Notes: generated by a model not told the origin, from the letters alone. A stretch of 20,000 nucleotides of DNA from an uncultured virus (IMG/VR IMGVR_UViG_2563367173_000013) (IMGVR_UViG_2563367173_000013), one strand, 5' to 3'. Counted from the stretch's first letter, positions 8,742 to 17,501 are shown. A program made the numbers and translations.

Positions 8742-8806
8742 TGTATTATATTCCTATATTTTAATATAAAAAAATTGTTACAAAAAGATAGTAAAATGTA
8801 TTATAT
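8742..8806 (-). promoter_or_regulatory. Conserved upstream element, copy 2 (two ATATAATACA boxes 55 bp apart)
   Basis: TGTATTATAT on + at 8742-8751 and 8797-8806. Confidence 0.6.
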
Positions 8807-8837
8807 GTTTTTGTTGAGGGCATTCCATACTGTCGGA

Positions 8838-11126
8838 TCAATATTGTACATCCTGCAGCATTACCGGCACCATACGGTCCAGACATGCCTGAGCCGCATA
8901 TCCCCGGTCTCCATAATAACCATCACATAATTGTATCGCCTCATTTATATGATCGGAAGTTCCCAGAATACCCCATCCTTGTTTTTCATACTGTGTGACT
9001 AATTCATGGTACGCCGCCCAGATTTTCTCATATTTTTTCTCAACGATCTGATTTTTTCGCCCAAATGGAATCCAGATCAAAGCGATTTCCTCACAGTTAT
9101 CCCAAAACAGTTCAAGTACACGCTTCATCTTTTCCAGCATTTTACCTTCATAATGAAATAATACACTTATGTCCGTTCCATATAATAGTACTTTTTTCAG
9201 GTTTCCATCTTGTTTCTTTAATACAGACATCCATTGTTCCGGCAAATGTATCAAATCCTTTTTCTCTGTTCTTTTATCCATTTTAGGAGAACCCATTCCC
9301 AGTATTTTTTCTTCCCATTGTGCTCTCATTTTTCCACCTGCGAAATCAGTTAAAATATCAATGTAAATTTGTCGCATCTTTTCGGATTGTACGACCACTT
9401 TATCGGCATGTATTACGCCGGGAACCGCGCAGCTGTATCGTATATTGGCTACTGCTCTCTCATCCTTTTCATCAATTTCTTTTACAAAATAAGGTGGAAT
9501 ATAAACAAGCTGACACGCATATTGTTTCAAATTAGGCGAATAAAAAAACGGATGTACGCTCATAGCGCTATCATATTCATCGTATGGATTTTGTATATAA
9601 ATAACATCCAGATCATGGCTTGAAAAATCAAATGTATCATATCTTATGACAGATACATAATGAGGAAATTCATTTATTTCATTCTGCAGTTCTCCCGCGG
9701 TTCCGTCCGGTTTTTTATAAAAATATGGAATTGGTATTACATAAGCTATGCAGTCCCGATCTGACTGAGCCGCTTCCCAAATGCTTTCCAGATGTTCCCA
9801 CAAAGATGCATGATACGGTAAAAATGCCACTTCATAGCGCAGCTCTATTTCTTCTCTTATTTTTGATTCTATCAGTTCCGGCTGACTTTTTATCATCTCC
9901 AGAAGTGCTTCCATTTCCGATTTATTTTGATTTAAGACAGCTTCATGCATTCGATATATCAACTCACAAAAATTTTCAAGGCTTCTAACCGATTGACTCC
10001 CTTCGCCTGTTTTTTCCTCCAGCAAAGTTCCAATCATAATAGCTGCTTCCTGATAGTTCGTTAATATGTCTACCGTTTCCTGAATATCCTTGCTCCGGTT
10101 TTTCAACTGATCATGTGCATTTCCTATTAATTTTAAAAACTGTTTCACACGTTGTTTTAACGTATTTTTGCTTAAAACCTTTTGATCTTCTTCTGAAAAC
10201 GTATATACATAAGGGTTTTTACCAATCGCCTGAACTAAAGCTGTTTCCTGCTTTCGAAAAATTGGATAGTCATGCATGCCCGCACTTTTTACATTATTCA
10301 TGTAATCCCCAAATTTTTTCCACAACACACAGTCATACATGGCAGGTACAGGAACCATAAACCGATCAAATTTCAGGCTTTCGGTTCTGTCATACCATGA
10401 TTTTTGCCACTTATATTGTTTATTTTTGATCCATAACGGCATTACTGTAATTTCTTCCGCTTCCTGCCCGGAATACATAGAAAAAAGACTTTCTTCCAGA
10501 CGGAGCATTTGATTCAGCCACGGGCGATTATAATCAATTCGAACATGAAGCATTTCTTCAATCATACCGGTCTGTTCTACCAGCTTATCTCCATCTACTT
10601 TCCCATCCAAAACCGATACAATCAGATCATCTATTGTATTTAGAACAAGGTATAAAAATTCACTTTCCTCAGCTGAAGACGGCACATAATCCATAACAAA
10701 TAAATCAATTCCCATACCATATGGACATCCATGATATTTATTCAAAAAATCAGGTTTAAAATTAATCTCTCTGCTGTTAATAATTCTCGTAAATAATTCG
10801 GTATATGAATCATCCGTCCGTATATTCCTTAAGCAATAGCCTCCTGCAATTTTTTGCAGTTCTTTTTCCGCAACAGCAATAAATCGGTTATAATCGTCTC
10901 GCATCATGCATATATCCAGATCATCATCCCATGGAATAAATCCCCGATGGCGCACAGCTCCTAAGAGTGTTCCGGCATCTGCATAATAGGAGATACTGTG
11001 CATCCGGCATATGGAATCAACATCTTTTAATATTTCCAGCTGTGCTGCCCATGACCTTTTCATCATACTTGTCACGAAAAATCCTTCTATTACTTCGCTT
11101 TCAAAGTAGTTATCCTGAAATTCCAT
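8838..11126 (-). CDS. LicD-family phosphotransferase fused to a C-terminal domain homologous to the upstream 11160-12515 protein
   Basis: GTLLGAVRHRGFIPWDDDLDICMMRDDY, IDLFVMD; C-term FLPYHASLWEHLESIW, IYIQNPYD, LVYIPPYF, ADKVVVQSE, GSPKMD, YYGD; GAGGA RBS favours the ATG at 11126. Confidence 0.85.
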   Translation of the reverse strand: MEFQDNYFESEVIEGFFVTSMMKRSWAAQLEILKDVDSICRMHSISYYADAGTLLGAVRHRGFIPWDDDLDICMMRDDYNRFIAVAEKELQKIAGGYCLRNIRTDDSYTELFTRIINSREINFKPDFLNKYHGCPYGMGIDLFVMDYVPSSAEESEFLYLVLNTIDDLIVSVLDGKVDGDKLVEQTGMIEEMLHVRIDYNRPWLNQMLRLEESLFSMYSGQEAEEITVMPLWIKNKQYKWQKSWYDRTESLKFDRFMVPVPAMYDCVLWKKFGDYMNNVKSAGMHDYPIFRKQETALVQAIGKNPYVYTFSEEDQKVLSKNTLKQRVKQFLKLIGNAHDQLKNRSKDIQETVDILTNYQEAAIMIGTLLEEKTGEGSQSVRSLENFCELIYRMHEAVLNQNKSEMEALLEMIKSQPELIESKIREEIELRYEVAFLPYHASLWEHLESIWEAAQSDRDCIAYVIPIPYFYKKPDGTAGELQNEINEFPHYVSVIRYDTFDFSSHDLDVIYIQNPYDEYDSAMSVHPFFYSPNLKQYACQLVYIPPYFVKEIDEKDERAVANIRYSCAVPGVIHADKVVVQSEKMRQIYIDILTDFAGGKMRAQWEEKILGMGSPKMDKRTEKKDLIHLPEQWMSVLKKQDGNLKKVLLYGTDISVLFHYEGKMLEKMKRVLELFWDNCEEIALIWIPFGRKNQIVEKKYEKIWAAYHELVTQYEKQGWGILGTSDHINEAIQLCDGYYGDRGYAAQACLDRMVPVMLQDVQY

Positions 11127-11159
11127 TTTTTCCTCTTTCCACAAATTCACAATCTGCTT

Positions 11160-12515
11160 TTAAACAATATTTACATCCTGTATCATAATAGGTTTTCCAG
11201 TCAGACGATATAATTCAACCAAAGAACTTGGATCCCCATAATAAGCATCGGAAATTGCAATCGCTCTATGCAGCTCTGACGTATCATCATAAATGCCCCA
11301 ATTTTCATTTCGATATAGCTCTACAATTTCATAATACTGTTCCAGTAAATCCGGCCGCATTGCCTCACAGGTTTCTTTGCTAAATGGATGCGGACGCCAA
11401 AGCAGAACAACATCTTTGCGATCTTTTATCAACTTCAGTACGGACCGAATCTTTTGCAGTGCCTTCTCTTTTTCCTTCAACAAAACTACTAAGCTGGTAT
11501 TATACAGTATAACTTTCTTTTTTTCTCCGTCTTCTCCTTCCATTTTTTCAATCCAGTCAGATGGTATTTTTACATTTTCTCTTGTTGTACTTAATACTTT
11601 ATCATATTTCGGAGAACCCAACGCTAAAAACTTTTCTTCCGCACATCCAAAATAACCCTTACAGTTATTCTCTTCTTCAAATTTATGAAATTCATTGATA
11701 TAAACTTCTCGGGCCTTTTCTGACTGAACAATTACTTTATCCGCATACATCGTTCCGGGCTGAACACATAAATGTTCCGGAACGGAATCATCCATACATA
11801 CAAAATAAGGAATATACACCAGAAGTTCCGTATACTTTTTCAACACTTTTGCATAAAAATCCGGATGTACCGTTGTCACTTTGTTTGTATTATCATACGG
11901 ATTATGAATATATATTACATCGGGATGATGTTCTTCCACATCATAATCTTCCCAATCTACGATTGAAACATATTCCGGTAATTCATCACCTTCATAATGC
12001 ATTGCCATGACAGTTCCATCCTGATGTTTATCAAAATATGGAATCGGAACTACATATGCATCACAATCTTTGTCAGCCTCCGCTGCCATCCATACACTTT
12101 CCAGGCTATCCCACATGGAAGCCTTGTATGGAAAAAAAGCTGCCTCTATCTTTTCTTCTACTTTATTTTTTACGTATTCTTTCACCTGGTTTATACACCG
12201 ATCCATACCACGACGTATCGGCTGCATGATGTGCTTTGCTTCGTTATACTTTAACTGTTTGCCGTATTTTGATGTCTTTACAGCCATCTCATAGACAATT
12301 TCACAATATTCTTCCAGGCTTTTTACCGCATCTTTATGAGGTGCCGTATCCTGTTCTAACATATCACCTGCAAGAATCGCCATTTCCTGACATTGTACCA
12401 AAAGACTCTGCACCTTATTATAATTTCCTTTCAAAAATGCCTGTTCTATCTGTCTGTGATTTTCTGCAAAAAGTAAAAATTCTTCCATTAACCTTTTCTT
12501 TTTATATCTACGCAT
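11160..12515 (-). CDS. Putative CDP-alcohol glycerophosphotransferase-like / GT-B protein
   Basis: FFPYKASMWDSLESVW, IYIHNPYD, ADKVIVQSE, LGSPKYD, ILYNTS, LLWRPHP, SDAYYGDPSS (resembles TagF-like motifs); GGAG RBS favours the ATG at 12515 (track start 12533). Confidence 0.65.
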   Translation of the reverse strand: MRRYKKKRLMEEFLLFAENHRQIEQAFLKGNYNKVQSLLVQCQEMAILAGDMLEQDTAPHKDAVKSLEEYCEIVYEMAVKTSKYGKQLKYNEAKHIMQPIRRGMDRCINQVKEYVKNKVEEKIEAAFFPYKASMWDSLESVWMAAEADKDCDAYVVPIPYFDKHQDGTVMAMHYEGDELPEYVSIVDWEDYDVEEHHPDVIYIHNPYDNTNKVTTVHPDFYAKVLKKYTELLVYIPYFVCMDDSVPEHLCVQPGTMYADKVIVQSEKAREVYINEFHKFEEENNCKGYFGCAEEKFLALGSPKYDKVLSTTRENVKIPSDWIEKMEGEDGEKKKVILYNTSLVVLLKEKEKALQKIRSVLKLIKDRKDVVLLWRPHPFSKETCEAMRPDLLEQYYEIVELYRNENWGIYDDTSELHRAIAISDAYYGDPSSLVELYRLTGKPIMIQDVNIV

Positions 12516-12567
12516 TTCCTGATCTCCAATCATTCCTCAGACTGTTCTGCCATTTTTCATACATAAA

Positions 12568-12576
12568 ATTATAACA
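12568..12576 (-). promoter_or_regulatory. Extended -10 promoter for the 12515/LicD genes
   Basis: TGTTATAAT on the minus strand just downstream of a terminator. Confidence 0.5.
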
Positions 12577-12613
12577 CGTGAAAGACAATTTGTATTCAAT
12601 AATTGTAAAAAAC

Positions 12614-12663
12614 AAAAAAATGTATATTCGGAAAACGCAATACTTTTCCGAATATACATTTTT
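12614..12663 (-). terminator. Intrinsic terminator of the XRE gene
   Basis: Perfect 20-bp arms AAAAATGTATATTCGGAAAA (12616-12635) / TTTTCCGAATATACATTTTT (12644-12663), 8-nt loop. Confidence 0.85.
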
Positions 12664-12727
12664 CTGTTACGCTTCCTGACACTACATCAGATAAAACCTG
12701 TACTGTTTTAATATCTATAATATGATA

Positions 12728-13159
12728 TTATACTTCCTCTGTTTTATCGCCATTCTCATCCGAGCCGTTTGTTGAATCAGCTTCATCTGAAATATCTGTC
12801 CCCATTTGCATATCGGTTTCTTCTATGTTAGAAACAGCAATTTTAAGAAGTCCCTGCATATATGCAGTTAAAAGCTTCTTTTCTTCTCTCGGAAGTCGAT
12901 GAAAATCTGCCAATAGCCGTTGATCTGCTATCGTAAGTTTCTTTACCGCTGTTCCTTCCTCATCAAAAAATTCCGACAATGTAATGCCTAATCCATCACA
13001 AACACGCATAAGCGTAGATACTGATGGCACATTATTGCGGTGAAACGTGTTGCTCAAGGTAGAATAACTAATATCGGCTTCTTTTGCCAGACGATATAGT
13101 GTCCAGTTTCTCTCTTCTAAAAGCTGCGTTACCTTACTTAATACGTATTCTTCCTTCAT
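12728..13159 (-). CDS. XRE-family HTH transcriptional regulator with C-terminal helical domain and acidic tail
   Basis: WTLYRLAKEADISYSTLSNTFHRNNVPSVSTLMRVCDGLGITLSEFF; GAGGAGG RBS favours the ATG at 13159. Confidence 0.92.
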   Translation of the reverse strand: MKEEYVLSKVTQLLEERNWTLYRLAKEADISYSTLSNTFHRNNVPSVSTLMRVCDGLGITLSEFFDEEGTAVKKLTIADQRLLADFHRLPREEKKLLTAYMQGLLKIAVSNIEETDMQMGTDISDEADSTNGSDENGDKTEEV

Positions 13160-13658
13160 TGTATCATTCAATCCTCCTCGTTTGTATTTTTGCAGCACGG
13201 AAACATCTGCTTTTCTTAATTCCTTTTATCTGTTGTAATGATAATGATTAAGTGACAAATTGTGCTGCGGTTATTTATTCTTTATCGTATCCATACTTCC
13301 TTTTCACGAAAGGTTCAAAAGCCGTTTAGAAGCTCATAAACCTCTTTTAACGGAAAATATTAAGTATAAATACAGATATTTCACACTTATTACGAAACAT
13401 ATCGTTCCATATTTGATCATCGCTTATTGTATAATTATTGTTTTCTCAAATGTATAATATAGTTATATTGTAATAAATACCGAATGTTCCCAATAGATGT
13501 TAATGAGTATCATACAATCAGCTCTCATATGAATTATGCATTATTTTATCATTAAATGAAAAATAATACAATGCACAATACGACTATTTTTAAGAAATTA
13601 TAACATATTAATACCCATTTCGACAAGATATGCTACAAATATATTATAAACATTATTC

Positions 13659-13687
13659 TTGAACACACATAAATTGTATGTTATGAT
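13659..13687 (+). promoter_or_regulatory. sigmaA-type promoter for the Rpn-like gene
   Basis: TTGAAC-N17-TATGAT with an extended TG. Confidence 0.6.
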
Positions 13688-13707
13688 ACTTCCAGAGAGG
13701 AATATTT

Positions 13708-14805
13708 ATGAATAACAGCAAATCATTAAACTCACATACCACCTCATCGGAGCCTTCCGATAAGGTTAACAAAAAGAAAAAAGCAGCTGGCATAGAAATT
13801 TTGGCAAATAAAGATGATATAGAGCCTACTTTGATAAAAAAGGCTAATATTCGGTATCAGGACAGTTTTTTCAGAAGATTATTTAAAGAACCAAAATATA
13901 GGAAGGCATTATATTTGATTTTGCATCAGGAAGACATAAATGTTGAAGATACGGAATTTGAAAATATAGAACTTGATAATATTCTGAATGTTGATATTTA
14001 CAATGATATTTGCTTTACGGTCCGAAACCGATTGATTATATTACTCGAACATCAATCAACATTGAATCAAAATATGCCTATTCGGATACTTTTATATCTT
14101 GCAGAAGAATATAAACGTCTTCTTACGCGAAGTGAATTTTCTTCTGCTCTTTATGCGGCACCGCTTGTGAAAATACCAAGACCGGAGTTTTATATCGTAT
14201 ATACCGGTACGGAACCATGTGCTTCCGTTATGAAATTATCCGATGCTTTTTTAGATTGCACTTCTTCCGGCATCAATGCCGAAAGTAAAATTGAACTGAC
14301 CATCCCGGTATTGACTGCGACCGATTCAAAAGGCATTCTTGCCGAATATTTTGATATTATAAACTATATAAAATCAGAAACCAGGTACTGCGGCTCTCTT
14401 GAGACAGCCATAAGCCATGCTATTTTGAAATATCAGTCCGGATACGAAATATCAGAATTTATCAGAAATCAGAAAGGGGTGTATGATACATTGTTTGAGC
14501 AAATCAGTAGAGAAGAATTATTAGCGAGACAGCTTGAAGCCAATGCAAGAGTCCTGACCCAACAGGTGACTGAACAGGTGACCCAGCAGGTAACCCAGCA
14601 GGTAACCCAGCAGGTGACTGAACAAGTGACCCAGCAGGTAACCCAGCAGGTAACCCAGCAGGTAACCCAGCAGGTGAAAAAAAATGATATTTTAATATCT
14701 TATAAAATGTTACTTGAAGCTGGCATTGCACCGGAAAATGCCCTGCAATCTATAGTACGGAATTATAACTTGGAAGAAACGGAAGTACGGAAAATTTTAG
14801 AATAA
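13708..14805 (+). CDS. Rpn/YhgA-like PD-(D/E)XK nuclease (putative transposase family) with C-terminal 4-aa repeat
   Basis: YQDSFFRRLF, YNDICF, LLEHQSTLNQNMPIRILLY, KIPRPEFYIVYTG, MKLSDAF. Confidence 0.8.
   Translation: MNNSKSLNSHTTSSEPSDKVNKKKKAAGIEILANKDDIEPTLIKKANIRYQDSFFRRLFKEPKYRKALYLILHQEDINVEDTEFENIELDNILNVDIYNDICFTVRNRLIILLEHQSTLNQNMPIRILLYLAEEYKRLLTRSEFSSALYAAPLVKIPRPEFYIVYTGTEPCASVMKLSDAFLDCTSSGINAESKIELTIPVLTATDSKGILAEYFDIINYIKSETRYCGSLETAISHAILKYQSGYEISEFIRNQKGVYDTLFEQISREELLARQLEANARVLTQQVTEQVTQQVTQQVTQQVTEQVTQQVTQQVTQQVTQQVKKNDILISYKMLLEAGIAPENALQSIVRNYNLEETEVRKILE
14557..14676 (+). repeat. 10 x 12-bp coding tandem repeat (consensus ACCCAGCAGGTA/G; T[Q/E]QV)
   Basis: Ten adjacent units read directly; units 2 and 6 are the ACTGAA (TEQV) variants. 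Confidence 0.95.
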
Positions 14806-14824
14806 CATGATGACAATTTTTTAC

Positions 14825-14853
14825 AGAGTGCAGGCAGCGGTCCGCACTCTTTT
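14825..14853 (+). terminator. Intrinsic terminator after the Rpn-like gene
   Basis: AGAGTGC (14825-14831) / GCACTCT (14844-14850) followed by TTT. Confidence 0.6.
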
Positions 14854-14897
14854 GTCTACAAATAAAACTTTTACAGACATCTATTATGGAGTACATT

Positions 14898-15838
14898 ATG
14901 ACAACGTATCATATATTATACTATACATGGCATGAATACACCTTTCATGATTGTACGGAATCTATGCGCAGTTTGGGCTGCACAGTTGATATCATATCAG
15001 GAAATATGAAAAATATCGCAGTAAAGGTATTCGTACCGTCTTTCATATGCCGCTTGCATACAACCGGCCTCGTTTGGATAGAACGCTTATATCTTTGCAG
15101 CCACATTATGAACACGACATCACGTTTCTTGGTTCCCTTTATGATGATGCATATGATTTTTTCGATCAGATTCATTACCTTCCGCCTTATTTAAAAGGAT
15201 ATATTCATGCTATCATAGATGCACAACAGCAAATCTACGGTGCGGATCTGTGTAATTGTCTATTTGATCATGAAAAGTGTAAAGAGATGGCAATGTATGT
15301 AAAAGTGGATTTTGGTACCCAATATTCGGACTACCGAGATGATGTATTTCGAAATATGATTCGAAAAAAAATAACCGTACTGGAACGCCGTAAGATACTG
15401 TCTATGATTGGACAAAAATATAATGTAGACCTGTATTCATCACAAAATCCATCCGGCCTGGAAATTCACTATAAAGGATATGCGGACTATGACCATCAAA
15501 TGCCAAACATATTTTATACAAGCAAAATTAATCTGAATATTACGCTTCGTTCTATTTTATCCGGAATTCCTCTCCGTGTCATCGACATTCTTGGCGCTCA
15601 TGGATTTCTACTAACTAATTATCAGCTGGAATTCACAGATTACTTTAGCAATCATGAAGATTTGGTATGGTATGACAATTATGAGGATTTAATGGATAAA
15701 ATTCGTTTCTATCTTGCTCATGAAAAAGAACGGGAACGCATAGCACAAAACGGAAATCTGAAAGCCCAAAAATATTTTACTTATGACAGACTTCTGCAAA
15801 AAATATTTGATCTTGCTTTTGAAACTACTTGCGGTTAA
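14898..15838 (+). pseudogene. CgeB/DUF3880-like glycosyltransferase broken by a frameshift, probably an internal deletion, near 15002-15015
   Basis: GGAG RBS with MTTYHILYYTW...ISGNMKN in one frame; KYEKYRSKGIRTVFHMPLA...ITFLGSLY...SKINLNITLRSILSGIPLRVIDILGAHGFLLTNYQ in another frame that is closed by TGA at 14987. Confidence 0.75.
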
Positions 15839-15848
15839 GGAGAAATTT

Positions 15849-17501
15849 ATGAATACGGATTCCTATATTATAATTGTTCACAACAAAACACATTTACAAA
15901 CGCGGCAGTTAAACTTTTTAGATATTCTTCTGGATGAGACACTGATAAATGGAACAATCTATATTCCTAAAGCGTGTTTGAAAAAAGTAAGCACGATGAA
16001 TAAAAGACTTCCTGCCAAACAGACTTATGAATTTCTTTTAAGATTAGCACAATTATATCCGGTGCGGCTTACAGATGCGGCACCGGATGTTTTAGATTCT
16101 TACATGATTTTATCATCAGAACAATCTTTTTCCAATACGGATGGAATAAAAACCGATTGTTATATTACGGCTCTTTATAAAAAAATACTGCTGCAGCACA
16201 ATCTTTTTGACAGTGTCATTAACAGTATTTTAGATCTTGCAAAGAAATCTGACTGCTATGCACAGACAGTTACTTTTTTAGAAAATATGCTGCAAAATAA
16301 AGCCTCTTATGAATATTTTTTTCAGGGCAGCCAGCCATTTCTAATTTATACGGGAGATACGGTATGCTACAATATATTAAGTGTATTTGCCAGCTGCCTT
16401 GGAGCCGCGTTAGAACAGAAAGGATACCTTGTAGAATATTTTGACCTGTCCAAAGAATCACATACTGCAGCTGCCAGATATATCGGTCAAAGCTTCCAGG
16501 CTGTCATAGGCATACAGAGTTATATGTTCTCTGCACGTTTAACAGATCGAAGTCTTTTACACGACAAGATTAACGGACCAAAATATAATTTTGTATTTGA
16601 TCATATCAATTCCTTTCGCCAGCATCTGGAAGATACTCCAAAAAATCTGACAATTCTGGCTCCGGATCTGCACTATGTACAGTTCGGTAAAAAATATTAT
16701 CAGGTTAATACCCGTTTTTTACCTCCTGGCGGAATAGTAAAACCGATCGACAATTTAAACCGTATTTATGATATTGTTTTTATCGGCAGCTTCGTTGATA
16801 ATACGGACTATATAACCGCACAAATCAAACAACTGAGCCGCCCCATGCGCTTTCTGTTAAATCATTACTGGATGTATATGCGCAGACATCCGGAACTTCC
16901 GGCAGAAGAGCTGCTCCGACTTACTTTAAATGAAAAAAACAAAACGTTATCTGACATTGAATTTAAAGATTTGCTTTACCGTTTTCATCATTTTACATTA
17001 TATATGGCATATCGGTATCGCTGTAAAATATTGAAAACAATCATTGAACATGGTATAAAGATAGATGTATTTGGCAAAAGCTGGCAATCGTGCCTTTTAC
17101 GAAATCATCCGAATTTTATATGGCATAATATAGATTTAACGACCGAAGAAAGCCTGATCGTATGGCAGCAATCTAAAATCGCACTGAATACAATGACCTG
17201 GCATAAAAATGCAATTACCGAACGTATTATTAACAGTATGCTGCAAAAGGCTGTTGTACTGACCGAACGCAATCCTTACCTTGAACAACAGTTTTCGGAA
17301 GGACTGGATATTCTCTACTATGACCTTGCAAAAACAGAAAAACTTCCACAACTTTTGAACTCTTATTTAACCTCTCCTGACCAGTTATCTGCGATTGGAG
17401 AAAACGGATATCAAAAAGCAATGCAAACTCATACCTGGGAAAGCAGAGCAGATGAACTGCTGCACATCGTCCGTGAGGATGCTTCATCTATGTATTTATA
17501 A
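15849..17501 (+). CDS. Glycosyltransferase with C-terminal CgeB-like (Glyco_trans_1_2) domain
   Basis: RIYDIVFIGS, IDVFGKSW, SKIALNTM...ERIINSML..AVVLTE, HTWESRA; AAGGAG RBS before the ATG at 15849. Confidence 0.8.
   Translation: MNTDSYIIIVHNKTHLQTRQLNFLDILLDETLINGTIYIPKACLKKVSTMNKRLPAKQTYEFLLRLAQLYPVRLTDAAPDVLDSYMILSSEQSFSNTDGIKTDCYITALYKKILLQHNLFDSVINSILDLAKKSDCYAQTVTFLENMLQNKASYEYFFQGSQPFLIYTGDTVCYNILSVFASCLGAALEQKGYLVEYFDLSKESHTAAARYIGQSFQAVIGIQSYMFSARLTDRSLLHDKINGPKYNFVFDHINSFRQHLEDTPKNLTILAPDLHYVQFGKKYYQVNTRFLPPGGIVKPIDNLNRIYDIVFIGSFVDNTDYITAQIKQLSRPMRFLLNHYWMYMRRHPELPAEELLRLTLNEKNKTLSDIEFKDLLYRFHHFTLYMAYRYRCKILKTIIEHGIKIDVFGKSWQSCLLRNHPNFIWHNIDLTTEESLIVWQQSKIALNTMTWHKNAITERIINSMLQKAVVLTERNPYLEQQFSEGLDILYYDLAKTEKLPQLLNSYLTSPDQLSAIGENGYQKAMQTHTWESRADELLHIVREDASSMYL

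Noticed and set aside
6246..8930. Plus-strand ORFs 6246-6461, 8505-8930 and 8584-8769
   Set aside because: Antisense to the small XRE-CTD paralogs; their mutual similarity reflects the minus-strand genes
13071..13098. Internal sigma28 promoter in the XRE gene (GCCGATAT) that could yield an HTH-less product
   Set aside because: The -35 is TATA rather than TAAA, the octamer is explained by Ala-Asp-Ile codons, and there is no clear downstream RBS
14557..14676. CRISPR array
   Set aside because: Adjacent 12-bp units without spacers, in frame within a CDS, and no cas genes
14504..14731. Minus-strand 75-aa PAGL-repeat ORF
   Set aside because: Antisense shadow of the tandem repeat
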